A program made the translations under genes and the position numbers. Shown in pieces: positions 28,375-39,473 of a DNA stretch of 46,698 nucleotides. The stretch's first letter is position 1. Each line of letters opens with the position of its first letter. The notes beneath the pieces were generated by a model. That model worked only from the letters and a program-made list of their open reading frames with translations, was not told the DNA's origin and made no database searches. The stretch comes from an uncultured Gudongella sp. Lineage in GTDB: Bacteria; Bacillota; Clostridia; Tissierellales; Tissierellaceae. The stretch spans positions 1-46,698 of the forward strand of contig CAZHLQ010000394.1 in assembly GCA_964533235.1 (NCBI GenBank). The letters are read 5' to 3'.

Positions 28375-29760
28375 ATGGAAAGCAAGGTGCTTAGGAATAT
28401 AATTGACTATAATATGATCGATGCTGCCGAAACAGTCTTGGCAGCTGTTTCCGGGGGTCCTGATTCTATGGCGATGCTTATGAGTCTGGTAAACCTAAGA
28501 GAAAAGCTTGGCTACAGGCTGGTCATAGCTCATGTGAACCATGGCGTGAGAGGAGAAGCTGCCGACAGGGATCAAAGCTTTGTGGAATCTGTTGCAGGAG
28601 CGCTTGAGATACCCTATCACACCACAAATGTAGACATGGCAGCCTACGGAAGAGAGCTGGGTATATCATCTGAGGAAGCAGGGAGACTCCTGCGCTATGA
28701 CTTTTTCAGAAAGGTCCTTTCGGAATATGGGAACGGGAAAATAGCTGTAGCCCACAACATGAACGATCAGGCTGAGACGGTACTGTTCAGGATAATGAGA
28801 GGAACGGGCATCGACGGGATCAAGGGTATGAGCTTCAACCAGGACGGAATAATAAGACCGCTATTAAATGTCACCCGAGATGAAATTGAGGAATACATCG
28901 AGCAGAACGGGATCGAAACTGTAGTGGATCATACCAATCTTCAAACGGTATACACGAGGAACCGTATACGCCTTGAGCTACTGCCCTATATCAGGGATAA
29001 TTTCAATCCGAATATCATAGAAGGGCTTTTCAGAATGTCGCTTCTGGCAGGTGAGGACAGCTCCATAATAGAAGAAGCAGTTGAAAAAAAGTATAGATCT
29101 GTAGTGAAAAATGAAAACAAGAATAGTATAATTTTCTTTAGTGATAAATTTGAGGCAGAATCTCAAGCAATCAGGAACAGACTCATAAGAAGGGCTGTAC
29201 TTTTTGTGAGGGGGACGCTCCATGGTATAGAGGAGAAGCATATTAGTGCCGTTGCTGAGCTTTTTCATAGCGGCAGGACCGGGGCATCCATAGACCTTCC
29301 TGGTGGTATAATTGCATTGGTAACCTACGATGATCTGTCCATAGAGAGGTCAAGGAGCGAAGCAGAAGTGCTCCCCGAGGTCGAACTCCATCCGGGAAGC
29401 AATGAAATACCCGAATGGGGACTGATTGTGGCGTTGGAACACATTGAAAATATGGAAGCTCATGCTAGAGGTAGTTTTTCAGCGATCATAGACAGGAATA
29501 AGCTGGAAGGTCAGCTCGTCTTAAGACAGCGGAAGGAAGGGGACCGGTTTTCACCGGTTGGTCTCAATGGATCAAAAAAGCTTAAGGATCACTTTATAGA
29601 CAAAAAGATCCCAAGAGCTGAAAGAGACCTTGTCCCAATAATCGCAGACTCAAAAGGGATAGTTTGGGTTGTAGGTCATTCAGTAGACCGTCGACTGATG
29701 ACGGATAAGAATACCACAGAGTATTTAAGAATAAAAATAAGCAAACTTAAACAAAACTGA
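28375..29760 (+). CDS. tilS: tRNA(Ile)-lysidine synthetase
   Basis: AVSGGPDS, HVNHGVRG, AHNMNDQAET, IRPLL, RNRIR. Confidence 0.95.
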   Translation: MESKVLRNIIDYNMIDAAETVLAAVSGGPDSMAMLMSLVNLREKLGYRLVIAHVNHGVRGEAADRDQSFVESVAGALEIPYHTTNVDMAAYGRELGISSEEAGRLLRYDFFRKVLSEYGNGKIAVAHNMNDQAETVLFRIMRGTGIDGIKGMSFNQDGIIRPLLNVTRDEIEEYIEQNGIETVVDHTNLQTVYTRNRIRLELLPYIRDNFNPNIIEGLFRMSLLAGEDSSIIEEAVEKKYRSVVKNENKNSIIFFSDKFEAESQAIRNRLIRRAVLFVRGTLHGIEEKHISAVAELFHSGRTGASIDLPGGIIALVTYDDLSIERSRSEAEVLPEVELHPGSNEIPEWGLIVALEHIENMEAHARGSFSAIIDRNKLEGQLVLRQRKEGDRFSPVGLNGSKKLKDHFIDKKIPRAERDLVPIIADSKGIVWVVGHSVDRRLMTDKNTTEYLRIKISKLKQN

Positions 29761-29774
29761 TAGGAGGATATGAT

Positions 29775-30311
29775 TTGAACGATCCAATCAAGAAGATACT
29801 CGTAGACGAGGAATCAATAAGAAATCGGGTAAGAGAACTGGGTAAGCAGATAACAGAGGCCTATAAAGGAAAGGACCTTATTGTAGTTGGTATACTAAAG
29901 GGTGCAGTCATATTTCTTTCGGACTTGACCAGAGCCATCGATATGCCTGTATTGATAGATTTTATGGCGGTATCAAGCTATGGGAAATCCAGCATATCCA
30001 CCGGCGAGGTAAGAATAATGAAGGACCTTGACTTCAGCGTTGAGGGAAAGGACGTATTGATAGTAGAGGACATAATTGACACAGGTCTTACCCTGAACTA
30101 TCTGAAGGATATCCTGACTAAAAGAGGTGCAAGCTCAGTAAGGATATGTACTCTTCTGGACAAGCCTGACAGGAGAACAGTTGGAGTAAAAATCGACTTT
30201 TTGGGATTCGAGATCCCGGACGAATTTGTTGTAGGCTATGGGCTTGACTTCAATGAAATGTACAGAAACTATCCATTTGTAGGAGCTCTTAAGGAAGAAG
30301 TCTACAACTGA
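29775..30311 (+). CDS. hpt: Hypoxanthine phosphoribosyltransferase
   Basis: GILKGA, SSYG, VEDIIDTGLTL, FVVGYGLD. Confidence 0.96.
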   Translation: MNDPIKKILVDEESIRNRVRELGKQITEAYKGKDLIVVGILKGAVIFLSDLTRAIDMPVLIDFMAVSSYGKSSISTGEVRIMKDLDFSVEGKDVLIVEDIIDTGLTLNYLKDILTKRGASSVRICTLLDKPDRRTVGVKIDFLGFEIPDEFVVGYGLDFNEMYRNYPFVGALKEEVYN

Positions 30312-30318
30312 GGTTTTA

Positions 30319-30347
30319 TTGATTAGATAACCCGGCTATGGTATAAT
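30319..30347 (+). promoter_or_regulatory. sigmaA promoter of ftsH
   Basis: TTGATT-17 nt-TATAAT with TG extension. Confidence 0.7.
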
Positions 30348-30390
30348 ATACCGATATCACCAATATTGGGAATTGGAGGGAGGACTAGGA

Positions 30391-32208
30391 TTGAAACGAT
30401 TTTTTAAGGGCATCAGCATATACCTGCTAATAGTGCTGCTGATAATGTTCAGCGTCAAAATGTTCGGCACAGAGGTAGAGCAAACCTCCGAGTTGGATTT
30501 TACGGAGCTGGTGTCCAGACTTAAGGATGGAAGTATAGAGAGAATAACCTCCATCGGGAATACAGTTGAGGGTGAGCTTAAGGACGGTACGAAATTCACA
30601 GCGATACTTCCCGAGGAAGTAAGACCGACGTTCTATCACGATTATGTGAAGGAAATGGTCGACAATGAGACTATCAAATACGGCGCGGAGCAGATTCCCG
30701 TAAGCCCATGGTATATAGAAATGCTGCCGACTCTGATGATACTGTTAGTTTTTGGAGTCGTCTGGTTTGTGTTCATGCAGCAATCCCAGGGTGGAGGCGG
30801 CGGTGGCCGGGTAATGTCCTTCGGCAAGAGCAAGGCAAAAATGCACAAGCTTGAGGAAGGAAAGCTGGTTACCTTCAACGAGGTAGCTGGGCTTGAGGAG
30901 GAAAAGGAAGAATTAAAGGAAATAGTCGATTTTCTTAGTCACCCAAAGAAATATGTCGAGATCGGAGCCAGAATACCAACAGGCGTATTGATGGTAGGGC
31001 CTCCGGGAACTGGAAAAACATACCTGAGCAAGGCTGTAGCAGGAGAAGCAGGAGTACCCTTCTTCACAATTTCAGGCTCCGACTTTGTTGAGATGTTCGT
31101 CGGAGTAGGTGCCAGCAGAGTAAGAGACCTTTTCGAGCAGGCAAAGAAAAATTCTCCTTGCATCGTATTCATCGACGAGATAGATGCAGTAGGCAGAAGA
31201 AGAGGAGCAGGACTTGGCGGAGGGCATGATGAAAGGGAGCAGACCCTGAATCAGCTGCTGGTCGAAATGGATGGTTTTTCAAAGAATGAGGGGATAATCG
31301 TAATGGCCGCGACAAATAGAGCGGACATACTGGACCCGGCACTACTAAGACCTGGCAGATTCGACAGAACCATATACGTAGGACTTCCTGACATAAAAGG
31401 CAGGGAGGCAATACTGCAGGTACACACCAGAAATAAACCCCTGGCTGAGGACGTAGATCTTAAGGTCGTTGCAAAAAGGACACCTGGCTTTACTCCTGCA
31501 GATCTTGAAAACCTGGTAAACGAAGCGGCGCTTCTTACAGCCAGATTCAACCTGAAATCAATACCAATGCATCTTATAGAGGAAGCTTCGATCAAGGTAC
31601 AGGCAGGACCTGAGAAGAAGAGCAGAGTAATAAGCCCACATGAAAGAAAGCTTACCGCATATCACGAGGCAGGTCATGCACTTACTGCAAGGCTTATCCC
31701 GGGCACAGACCCGGTCCACATGGTAACCATAATCCCAAGAGGAATGGCAGGAGGCTTTACAGCTTACATTCCGGATGAGGACAGGAACTACCTTACTAGA
31801 AAACAAATGGAGGATAAGCTGGTCATACTTTTGGGTGGTCGTGTCACAGAGGCCCTGGTTCTTGACGACATAAGCACTGGAGCCCAGAACGATATCGAAA
31901 GAGCAACGAAACTTGCAAGATCCATGGTAACCCATTATGGAATGAGTGACATACTCGGACCAATGACCTATGGAACAGACGAGGAAGAGGTATTCGTGGG
32001 AAGAGACCTTAACAGATCCAGAAACTATAGCGAGGAAGTAGCAGCAGCTATTGATAAGGAAATGAGGAAGCTTATAGATACTGCTTACCACAGAGCCGAA
32101 GCCATAATAAAACAGAATATGGAAACCTTGCACAGATTGGCAGATAAACTTCTTGAAAAGGAAACCATCGATGCAAGAGAGTTTGAAGAGATTTTCCAAG
32201 GAAGCTGA
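30391..32208 (+). CDS. ftsH: ATP-dependent zinc metalloprotease FtsH
   Basis: Two TM helices, [17 protein letters not shown] (LLRPGRFDR), HEAGH; TTG 30391 after GGAGG. Confidence 0.97.
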   Translation: MKRFFKGISIYLLIVLLIMFSVKMFGTEVEQTSELDFTELVSRLKDGSIERITSIGNTVEGELKDGTKFTAILPEEVRPTFYHDYVKEMVDNETIKYGAEQIPVSPWYIEMLPTLMILLVFGVVWFVFMQQSQGGGGGGRVMSFGKSKAKMHKLEEGKLVTFNEVAGLEEEKEELKEIVDFLSHPKKYVEIGARIPTGVLMVGPPGTGKTYLSKAVAGEAGVPFFTISGSDFVEMFVGVGASRVRDLFEQAKKNSPCIVFIDEIDAVGRRRGAGLGGGHDEREQTLNQLLVEMDGFSKNEGIIVMAATNRADILDPALLRPGRFDRTIYVGLPDIKGREAILQVHTRNKPLAEDVDLKVVAKRTPGFTPADLENLVNEAALLTARFNLKSIPMHLIEEASIKVQAGPEKKSRVISPHERKLTAYHEAGHALTARLIPGTDPVHMVTIIPRGMAGGFTAYIPDEDRNYLTRKQMEDKLVILLGGRVTEALVLDDISTGAQNDIERATKLARSMVTHYGMSDILGPMTYGTDEEEVFVGRDLNRSRNYSEEVAAAIDKEMRKLIDTAYHRAEAIIKQNMETLHRLADKLLEKETIDAREFEEIFQGS

Positions 32209-32209
32209 T

Positions 32210-32237
32210 GCAGGCCCCTTTATGGGGACCTGCTTTT
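32210..32237 (+). terminator. Intrinsic terminator after ftsH
   Basis: GCAGG-CCCC-TTTAT-GGGG-A-CCTGC-TTTT. Confidence 0.75.
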
Positions 32238-32303
32238 CGCATGTCTGGAATTATACAAATTTTGCAATTTTACATTCATAATTTAAAATAGTTGAAGTTT
32301 ATA

Positions 32304-32333
32304 TTGCAAAATTGCCATAATTTTTAATATAAT
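32304..32333 (+). promoter_or_regulatory. sigmaA promoter of the methylmalonyl-CoA operon
   Basis: TTGCAA-18 nt-TATAAT in an AT-rich intergenic region. Confidence 0.55.
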
Positions 32334-32371
32334 AGGTGGTAGATTAGGTACCATAATGAGGAGGTAAAGGG

Positions 32372-34051
32372 ATGTACGATGACAAGAAACTTGATCAGGT
32401 AAAGTCTTCCTTTAAGGACTGGGAAGATAACAAGGTCCAAAAGCTTCTTTCCAAATTTCCGGAAAGAAAGAAAACATTTTCCACAGGCTCTGACACCGAG
32501 GTAGACAGATTATACACTCCTGCACACATAGAAGCTCTGGATTATGATAGAGACCTGGGTTATCCGGGTGAATACCCATTTACAAGGGGAGTCCAGCCTA
32601 CGATGTACAGAGGCAGATTCTGGACAATGAGGCAATATGCAGGTTTTGCAACAGCAGAGGAATCCAACAAAAGATATAAGTATCTGCTGGAGCAGGGGCA
32701 GACAGGCTTAAGCGTGGCATTTGACCTGCCAACTCAAATAGGCTATGACTCAGATCACAGCCTTTCAGAGGGAGAGGTAGGAAAGGTAGGCGTCGCCATA
32801 GACTCGTTGAGAGATATGGAGATACTGTTTGACGGTATCCCCTTGGACAAGGTCAGTACATCCATGACTATAAATGCACCAGCAAGCGTATTGCTTGCAA
32901 TGTATATCGCAGTAGCTGAAAAACAGGGAATCTCATCAGACAAGCTTAGAGGTACTATCCAGAACGATATTCTGAAGGAGTACATCGCAAGAGGTACCTA
33001 TATATTCCCTCCAGAGCAGTCAATGAGACTGATCACAAATATATTTGAGTATTGCTCAGACAGTGTTCCACAGTGGAATACTATTAGTATAAGCGGTTAC
33101 CACATAAGAGAAGCAGGCTCCACTGCTGCACAGGAGGTAGCATTCACTCTAGCAGACGGTATTGCTTACGTAGAGGCTGCAATCAAAGCAGGTCTTGACG
33201 TTGATGATTTTGCACCAAGACTGTCCTTCTTCTTCAACGCACATAACGATCTCCTTGAGGAGGTCGCTAAGTACAGAGCAGCAAGAAGATTGTGGGCAAA
33301 GATCATGAAGGAAAGATTCAAGGCAAAGAGCGACAAGTCAATGCAGCTTAAGTTCCATACACAAACTGCAGGGTCAACACTGACAGCTCAGCAGCCTGAC
33401 AACAACATAATCAGGGTAACCATACAGACTCTTGCTGCAGTTCTTGGAGGAACACAGTCCCTTCATACAAACTCAAGAGACGAGGCGCTAGCACTTCCTA
33501 CTGAGGATTCAGTAATGATAGCGCTTAGAACACAGCAGATAGTTGCCTACGAGTCAGGAGTTACAGAGACAATAGATCCCCTTGCAGGCTCATATTACAT
33601 CGAAAGCCTGACCAGCTCCATCGAGAAGGAAGCAGAGGAATACATCACCAGGATAGATAATCTTGGCGGAGCTACTAAGGCCATAGAGAATGGCTACATC
33701 CAAAAGGAGATCCAGAACTCAGCATATAAATACCAAATGCAGGTCGAGGATCAGGAGAGGATAGTAGTTGGAGTCAACAAGTTCAAGGTCGAGGAGACTG
33801 ATAAGAAGCAGCTTTTAAAGGTAGATCCTCATGTTGAGATCCTTCAAAGAAAGAAGATAGAAAAGCTTAAGAAGGACAGAGACGGCAGCCTGGTTGAGAA
33901 CAGCCTGGAGTTGTTGAAGGAAAAGGCTAAGACCGATGAAAACCTTATGCCATATATTCTGGACTCTGTAAAAGCTTATGCAACTCTTGGAGAGATATGC
34001 GGCGTATTGAGAGAAGTATTCGGAGAGTACGAGCAATCAGTAATATTATAG
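32372..34051 (+). CDS. Methylmalonyl-CoA mutase, substrate-binding (large) subunit
   Basis: [63 protein letters not shown]. Confidence 0.92.
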   Translation: MYDDKKLDQVKSSFKDWEDNKVQKLLSKFPERKKTFSTGSDTEVDRLYTPAHIEALDYDRDLGYPGEYPFTRGVQPTMYRGRFWTMRQYAGFATAEESNKRYKYLLEQGQTGLSVAFDLPTQIGYDSDHSLSEGEVGKVGVAIDSLRDMEILFDGIPLDKVSTSMTINAPASVLLAMYIAVAEKQGISSDKLRGTIQNDILKEYIARGTYIFPPEQSMRLITNIFEYCSDSVPQWNTISISGYHIREAGSTAAQEVAFTLADGIAYVEAAIKAGLDVDDFAPRLSFFFNAHNDLLEEVAKYRAARRLWAKIMKERFKAKSDKSMQLKFHTQTAGSTLTAQQPDNNIIRVTIQTLAAVLGGTQSLHTNSRDEALALPTEDSVMIALRTQQIVAYESGVTETIDPLAGSYYIESLTSSIEKEAEEYITRIDNLGGATKAIENGYIQKEIQNSAYKYQMQVEDQERIVVGVNKFKVEETDKKQLLKVDPHVEILQRKKIEKLKKDRDGSLVENSLELLKEKAKTDENLMPYILDSVKAYATLGEICGVLREVFGEYEQSVIL

Positions 34052-34070
34052 AAATTTGGGAGGTAATACT

Positions 34071-34469
34071 ATGGACAGACCTATAAGAGTTCTCGTTGCC
34101 AAGCCGGGTCTTGACGGACATGACAGGGGTGCAAAGGTAATAGCCAGATCCCTTAGAGATGCTGGAATGGAAGTAATATATACTGGCTTGAGACAGACCC
34201 CGGAGCAGATCGTTGCAGCAGCAGTCCAGGAAGACGTTGACGTAGTGGCGATGAGCATACTTTCAGGAGCGCATAATCACTTGTTTCCAAAGGTAGTAAG
34301 GCTATTGAAGGAAGAAGGGATCGACGACGTATTAGTACTTGGCGGAGGAGTCATACCAGAGGATGACATACCCTTCCTTGTAGAATCAGGAATAGAGGCA
34401 ATATTTACTCCAGGAACACCAACAAAGGAAGTAATAGCATTCATTAATGACAATGTCAAAAGAAAATAG
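34071..34469 (+). CDS. Methylmalonyl-CoA mutase, cobalamin-binding (small) subunit
   Basis: [10 protein letters not shown] (DxHxxG), SILSGAH, GGVIP; ATG 34071 after GGGAGGT. Confidence 0.92.
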   Translation: MDRPIRVLVAKPGLDGHDRGAKVIARSLRDAGMEVIYTGLRQTPEQIVAAAVQEDVDVVAMSILSGAHNHLFPKVVRLLKEEGIDDVLVLGGGVIPEDDIPFLVESGIEAIFTPGTPTKEVIAFINDNVKRK

Positions 34470-34481
34470 GCGGTGTTTGCT

Positions 34482-35417
34482 TTGAATATTGAGGAGAGGC
34501 TGCTGGCGGGGGACAAGAGAGCCTGCGCACGGCTGATATCCATGCTTGAAAATAGAGACGAAGTGGCAGTCTCCATAATAAAGAAGCTTTTCAACAGGAC
34601 TGGAAATGCCTATGTCATAGGTATAACAGGTCCTCCAGGCAGTGGAAAGTCAACCTTGACGGATCGTCTTACAAAGCAGCTGAGAGCTCAGGGCAAGAAG
34701 GTTGGGATCCTTGCAATAGACCCAACAAGCCCATTCAGCGGTGGTGCCATCCTTGGAGACAGGATCAGGATGAACGACCTTGCCCTGGACAAGGGTGTTT
34801 TTATAAGGAGCATGGGGACAAGAGGCTTTTTGGGAGGGATCTCAAAGGCGACCTGGGGAGCTGTTAAGGTTCTGGATATTTATGGCTGTGACTACATATT
34901 CATTGAAACAGTAGGGGTAGGACAGTCTGAAGTTGATATCGTAAAGATGGCAGATACGGTGCTCATGGTAATGATCCCCAACATGGGTGACGACATCCAG
35001 GCGATAAAAGCAGGTATAATGGAGATAGCAGACGTATTCGCGATCAATAAGTCTGATCTTGACGGCGCTGACAAAACGAAGCTTGAGATAGAGATGAATC
35101 TGGACCTCAATGAGAAGTCAGACTACAGACCTCCGGTCGTCAAGGTGTCGGCAATCAAGAACGAGGACATAGACATACTCTTACAAAAGCTTGTTGATCA
35201 CGAGGAATACTTAAAGTCGACTGGTCTTCTCCATGATACCAGGATCAGAAACCTTAAGGCTGAGATACTTCAGCTCACTGAGGAAGAGCTTTTAAGGCTT
35301 ATAATGGACAGGACCAACAAGGGCGGCTTGATCGATGAGCTAGCTGTGATGGTTGAAAAAAGAGAGATGGATCCCTATACTGCAAAGGAAAGGATAGTTT
35401 CTCTCGTAAAGGAATAA
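34482..35417 (+). CDS. meaB: Methylmalonyl-CoA mutase-associated GTPase MeaB
   Basis: GPPGSGKST, DPTSPFSGGAILGDRIRM, ETVGVGQSE, NKSD. Confidence 0.93.
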   Translation: MNIEERLLAGDKRACARLISMLENRDEVAVSIIKKLFNRTGNAYVIGITGPPGSGKSTLTDRLTKQLRAQGKKVGILAIDPTSPFSGGAILGDRIRMNDLALDKGVFIRSMGTRGFLGGISKATWGAVKVLDIYGCDYIFIETVGVGQSEVDIVKMADTVLMVMIPNMGDDIQAIKAGIMEIADVFAINKSDLDGADKTKLEIEMNLDLNEKSDYRPPVVKVSAIKNEDIDILLQKLVDHEEYLKSTGLLHDTRIRNLKAEILQLTEEELLRLIMDRTNKGGLIDELAVMVEKREMDPYTAKERIVSLVKE

Positions 35418-35431
35418 TGGAGGGGGAAGTT

Positions 35432-35833
35432 ATGGTAAACAAGATAGACCATATCGGGATTGCCGTTAAGAATTTAGAAGAAACCCTAAAATTCTACGAA
35501 GACGTGCTTGGAATCAAATGTGTTAGTCAGGAAGTAGTTGAGGAGCAAAAAGTAAAGGTTGCCTTTTTACCTATAGGGGACACAGAGGTAGAGCTTTTGG
35601 AATCCACCTCAGAGGATGGACCTATAGCAAGATTCATCGAGAAAAAGGGCGAAGGAATACAGCATATTGCCTTTAAGGTAGACAATATTGAGGAAGCTAT
35701 CAAAGAGCTTGAGGAAAAAGGAGTCAGGATGATCGACGAACATCCAAGATACGGCGCTGGTGGTGCCAGGATCGCTTTCCTTCATCCAAAATCGACCTCA
35801 GGTGTGCTCATAGAAATAAGTCAAAGAGACTAA
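35432..35833 (+). CDS. mce: Methylmalonyl-CoA epimerase
   Basis: IDHIGIAV, ELLE, GIQHIAF, FLHPKSTSGVLIE. Confidence 0.93.
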   Translation: MVNKIDHIGIAVKNLEETLKFYEDVLGIKCVSQEVVEEQKVKVAFLPIGDTEVELLESTSEDGPIARFIEKKGEGIQHIAFKVDNIEEAIKELEEKGVRMIDEHPRYGAGGARIAFLHPKSTSGVLIEISQRD

Positions 35834-35852
35834 GGAATTTAGGAGGGTAAAA

Positions 35853-37397
35853 ATGAGCGATAAAATTCAGCAGCTTCTTGAAGCCAAGAGGAAAATATCC
35901 CTTGGTGGCGGGGAGAAAAGAATTGAAAAGCAGCACAGCTCAGGCAAGATGACTGCCAGAGAGAGAATTGAATATCTTCTGGATGAATCAAGCTTTGTAG
36001 AGCTGGACGCCTTTGTCAAACACAGATCAACAAACTTTGACATGGCAGATGTGGATGCCCCTGCAGACGGAGTCGTGACCGGCTACGGAACAGTAGACGG
36101 CAGACTTGTTTTTGTATATGCTCAGGACTTCACAGTAGTTGGAGGTTCACTGGGAGAAATGCACGCAGCAAAGATCGTTAAGGTCCAGGATATGGCACTT
36201 AAAATGGGAGCCCCGATAGTAGGTTTCAACGATTCAGGCGGAGCCAGGATCCAGGAGGGTGTAGATGCACTTTCAGGCTATGGAAAGATCTTTTTCAGAA
36301 ACACGATATCCTCAGGAGTCATTCCACAAATTTCAGCAATAATGGGACCCTGTGCAGGTGGTGCTGTATATTCACCAGCAATAACTGACTTTGTCTTCAT
36401 GACAGACAAGACCAGCATGATGTTTATAACAGGACCTCAGGTAATAAAATCAGTTACCGGAGAAGATGTGACTCAGGAGCAGCTGGGTGGAGCCAATACC
36501 CACAATAAGATCAGTGGAGTTGCACATTTCATAGACAATTCAGAGGCAGCTACCATAGACAGGATAAAGGAGCTTTTAAGCTACCTTCCATCCAACAATC
36601 TGGAGCAGCCCCCAATATATGAGTTTGAGGATGACTTAAACAGAGTAGACGAAAGACTTAATGAGATAGTTCCTGAGAATCCAAATAAGCCATACGACAT
36701 GAAGGAAGTAATCAAGACACTTGCAGACGGAGGACACTTCTTTGAGGTGCAGCCGCTTTATGCTCAGAATATAATTACAGGCTTTATAAGACTTAACGGA
36801 AGAAGCATAGGAGTAATAGCAAATCAGCCAAGGATACTTGCTGGATGTCTTGACATCAATGCATCGGACAAGGCTGGCAGATTTATAAGGACCTGTGACG
36901 CATTCAACATACCACTGTTGAACCTTGTAGACGTTCCGGGCTTCCTTCCAGGAACAAGTCAGGAGTACGGCGGGATAATCAGACACGGAGCAAAGATGCT
37001 TTACGCTTATTCAGAGGCAACAGTACCTAAGGTAACGTTGATAACTAGAAAAGCATACGGCGGAGCTTACCTGGCAATGTGCTCCAAGGACCTTGGTGCA
37101 GATCAGGTATTCGCATGGCCAAACGCAGAGATCGCAGTAATGGGACCAGATGGAGCAGCAAATATAATATTCAAGAATGAGATAGCTGCATCTGAAGACC
37201 CAATAGCGACTAGAGCAGAAAAAATTGTTGAATATAGAGATACAGTTGCAAATCCATATATAGCAGCTCAAAGAGGCTTTGTAGACGATGTATTGGTACC
37301 AAGCCAGACAAGACCAAGATTGATAAGTGCCTTTGACATGCTTGAAACCAAGAGAGAAGCACGACCAGGCAAAAAGCACGGCAATCTGCCGGTATAG
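35853..37397 (+). CDS. mmdA: Methylmalonyl-CoA decarboxylase alpha (carboxyltransferase) subunit
   Basis: GKMTARER, DSGGARIQEG, GPCAGGAVY, DVPGFLPG, RKAYGGAY, KKHGNLP. Confidence 0.9.
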   Translation: MSDKIQQLLEAKRKISLGGGEKRIEKQHSSGKMTARERIEYLLDESSFVELDAFVKHRSTNFDMADVDAPADGVVTGYGTVDGRLVFVYAQDFTVVGGSLGEMHAAKIVKVQDMALKMGAPIVGFNDSGGARIQEGVDALSGYGKIFFRNTISSGVIPQISAIMGPCAGGAVYSPAITDFVFMTDKTSMMFITGPQVIKSVTGEDVTQEQLGGANTHNKISGVAHFIDNSEAATIDRIKELLSYLPSNNLEQPPIYEFEDDLNRVDERLNEIVPENPNKPYDMKEVIKTLADGGHFFEVQPLYAQNIITGFIRLNGRSIGVIANQPRILAGCLDINASDKAGRFIRTCDAFNIPLLNLVDVPGFLPGTSQEYGGIIRHGAKMLYAYSEATVPKVTLITRKAYGGAYLAMCSKDLGADQVFAWPNAEIAVMGPDGAANIIFKNEIAASEDPIATRAEKIVEYRDTVANPYIAAQRGFVDDVLVPSQTRPRLISAFDMLETKREARPGKKHGNLPV

Positions 37398-37408
37398 GAG
37401 GGATTACG

Positions 37409-37774
37409 ATGGGATCAGAAGTAACAATAGGTGAAGCCTTAATAGTAACCCTTGTAAGTATGCTCGTAGTATTCCTGGTGCTTATTCTTATTTCCTATAT
37501 AATTGGACTACTGAAGAATTTTGCGGCAGAGAAGAAGCCTGTTGCTGTTAAGCCAGAGCCAGTCAAATTGGAGACGGTTAAGCAGGAAGAACAACCAGCC
37601 AAAGGCAATGAGCTGGATCCAGGTGAGCTTGTTGCGGTAATAGCTGCAGCAGTAGCAGCCTCGATGGGACGAGATATTCCTGAAATCAGGATAAACAGCA
37701 TTAGAAGAGTTCCTCAGCTGACGACACCCTGGAGAGAAATGAGCAAGCAGGAACAGCTGCTAAGCAAACTATAA
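37409..37774 (+). CDS. mmdD: Na+-translocating decarboxylase delta/gamma (OadG-like) subunit
   Basis: N-terminal TM ([12 protein letters not shown]), Pro/Glu linker, [13 protein letters not shown]-terminal W. Confidence 0.85.
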   Translation: MGSEVTIGEALIVTLVSMLVVFLVLILISYIIGLLKNFAAEKKPVAVKPEPVKLETVKQEEQPAKGNELDPGELVAVIAAAVAASMGRDIPEIRINSIRRVPQLTTPWREMSKQEQLLSKL

Positions 37775-37793
37775 TATATATGGAGGAGAAATA

Positions 37794-38183
37794 ATGAGAA
37801 AGTTTATTATAAACGTAAACGGAAACAGCTACGAGGTAGAAGTTGAAGAGGTAGGCGGAGTATCCGCACCAGTATCGAGACCTGCTCAGGCAGCAGCACC
37901 CGCTCAAGCTGCACCGGCAGCTCCAAAGGCAGCACCAGCTGCAGCACCTGCACCAACAGCAAGCGCAGGACAGGAGATAGTAGAGTCACCAATGCCAGGC
38001 AACATCTGGAAGATCCTTGTAAAGGAAGGCCAGGAGGTAAAGAGCGGTGACGTTCTTCTCATACTGGAAGCAATGAAGATGGAAAATGAGATTCTAGCCC
38101 CAAGAGACGGAAAGGTTGCATCCATAACTACCTCTGAGGGATCGGCCGTTAATACTGGAGACAAGCTGGTCATAATGGACTAA
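37794..38183 (+). CDS. mmdC: Biotin carboxyl carrier subunit of the decarboxylase
   Basis: [12 protein letters not shown], Ala/Pro linker, [13 protein letters not shown]. Confidence 0.92.
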   Translation: MRKFIINVNGNSYEVEVEEVGGVSAPVSRPAQAAAPAQAAPAAPKAAPAAAPAPTASAGQEIVESPMPGNIWKILVKEGQEVKSGDVLLILEAMKMENEILAPRDGKVASITTSEGSAVNTGDKLVIMD

Positions 38184-38208
38184 ACCCTTCAAGAAAGGAT
38201 GAACAACT

Positions 38209-39387
38209 ATGTTTATGGAAATATTGACGGACTTTTGGTCCAGCACCGGGTTTGGGCTTGGTAATTATGGCCATTATGTAATGCTGGCAATATCCTTGAT
38301 CCTGCTTTATCTGGCAATAGCAAAGGGCTTCGAGCCATTGCTTTTGACCCCGATAGCCTTTGGTATGCTTCTGGCCAACCTGCCAGGCGCAGACCTTATG
38401 AAGGAGCCAGTGGTCCAGATACTTACAGACCCGATAACCGGTGAATTAGTTAGTAAGACAAAGGAATACGGAGGACTGCTGTATTACCTCTACCAGGGTG
38501 TCAAGCTGGGGATATATCCTCCTTTGATATTCCTCGGAGTAGGTGCGATGACGGACTTTGGACCATTGATTGCCAACCCTAAATCAGTACTGCTTGGGGC
38601 AGCGGCACAATTTGGTATATTCGCAACCTTTATAGGAGCGATCCTATTAGGCTTTACAGGCCCTGAAGCTGCAAGTATAGGGATCATCGGTGGAGCAGAC
38701 GGACCAACCGCGCTTTACCTGACAGCCAAGCTGGCACCCCATCTTCTAGGACCTATAGCAGTTGCAGCATATTCATACATGGCACTCGTACCGATAATCC
38801 AGCCTCCTATAATGAAGGCACTGACTACTAAAGAGGAAAGAGCAGTAGTAATGGAGCAGCTAAGACCTGTTTCGAAGAAGGAAAAGGTAATATTCCCGAT
38901 AATGGTAACACTTGTCGTATCCTTCATACTGCCTTCAGCAGCTCCGCTTGTGGGGATGCTGATGCTAGGAAACCTCTTCAGAGAAACCCTTGTAACAGAC
39001 AGATTGTCTAAAACAGCTCAAAATGAGATGGTAAATATAGTAACCATATTCCTCGGGACTACAGTCGGAGCTACAGCAAGCGCTGAGAACTTCTTCAACA
39101 TCCAGACTGTAAGTATAATAGCATTGGGACTTGTTGCATTTGCAATAGGAACAGCTGCTGGAGTACTTCTAGGGAAGCTTATGTACAAGCTGACTGGTGG
39201 GAAGGTAAATCCACTTATAGGCTCGGCAGGAGTATCAGCAGTACCCATGGCAGCCAGAGTATCACAAAAGGTTGGACAGGAAGCAAACCCAAGAAACTTC
39301 CTATTGATGCATGCTATGGGACCTAACGTAGCAGGTGTAATCGGCTCTGCTATAGCAGCAGGTATGCTTCTAATGTTCTTTGGATAA
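38209..39387 (+). CDS. mmdB: Na+-translocating decarboxylase beta subunit
   Basis: [50 protein letters not shown]. Confidence 0.95.
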   Translation: MFMEILTDFWSSTGFGLGNYGHYVMLAISLILLYLAIAKGFEPLLLTPIAFGMLLANLPGADLMKEPVVQILTDPITGELVSKTKEYGGLLYYLYQGVKLGIYPPLIFLGVGAMTDFGPLIANPKSVLLGAAAQFGIFATFIGAILLGFTGPEAASIGIIGGADGPTALYLTAKLAPHLLGPIAVAAYSYMALVPIIQPPIMKALTTKEERAVVMEQLRPVSKKEKVIFPIMVTLVVSFILPSAAPLVGMLMLGNLFRETLVTDRLSKTAQNEMVNIVTIFLGTTVGATASAENFFNIQTVSIIALGLVAFAIGTAAGVLLGKLMYKLTGGKVNPLIGSAGVSAVPMAARVSQKVGQEANPRNFLLMHAMGPNVAGVIGSAIAAGMLLMFFG

Positions 39388-39395
39388 TATCGACT

Positions 39396-39426
39396 ACAGA
39401 CTCTCAAGGGAGTCTGTTTTCTTTTT
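39396..39426 (+). terminator. Intrinsic terminator after mmdB
   Basis: ACAGACTC-TCAAGG-GAGTCTGT-TTTCTTTTT. Confidence 0.8.
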
Positions 39427-39473
39427 ACACCATTTGGGTAGAATCCTATTGTACAAAAAAAGGAGTGAAGCAG

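Noticed and set aside
29770-29778. ATG-ATT-TGA mini-ORF overlapping the TTG start of hpt; the same ATGATTTGAA occurs at 45309 before the glycosyltransferase
   Set aside because: The ATG is only 2-3 nt from GGAGG, too close for efficient initiation, while the TTG is optimally spaced; probably coincidence
32372-34051. Possibility that the mutase is an isobutyryl-CoA or other variant acyl-CoA mutase
   Set aside because: Tyr/Arg specificity residues and linkage to epimerase and decarboxylase indicate methylmalonyl-CoA mutase
37860-37970. GCA/CCA-rich quasi-repeats
   Set aside because: They encode the normal Ala/Pro linker of the biotin carrier subunit; not a DNA repeat element or CRISPR
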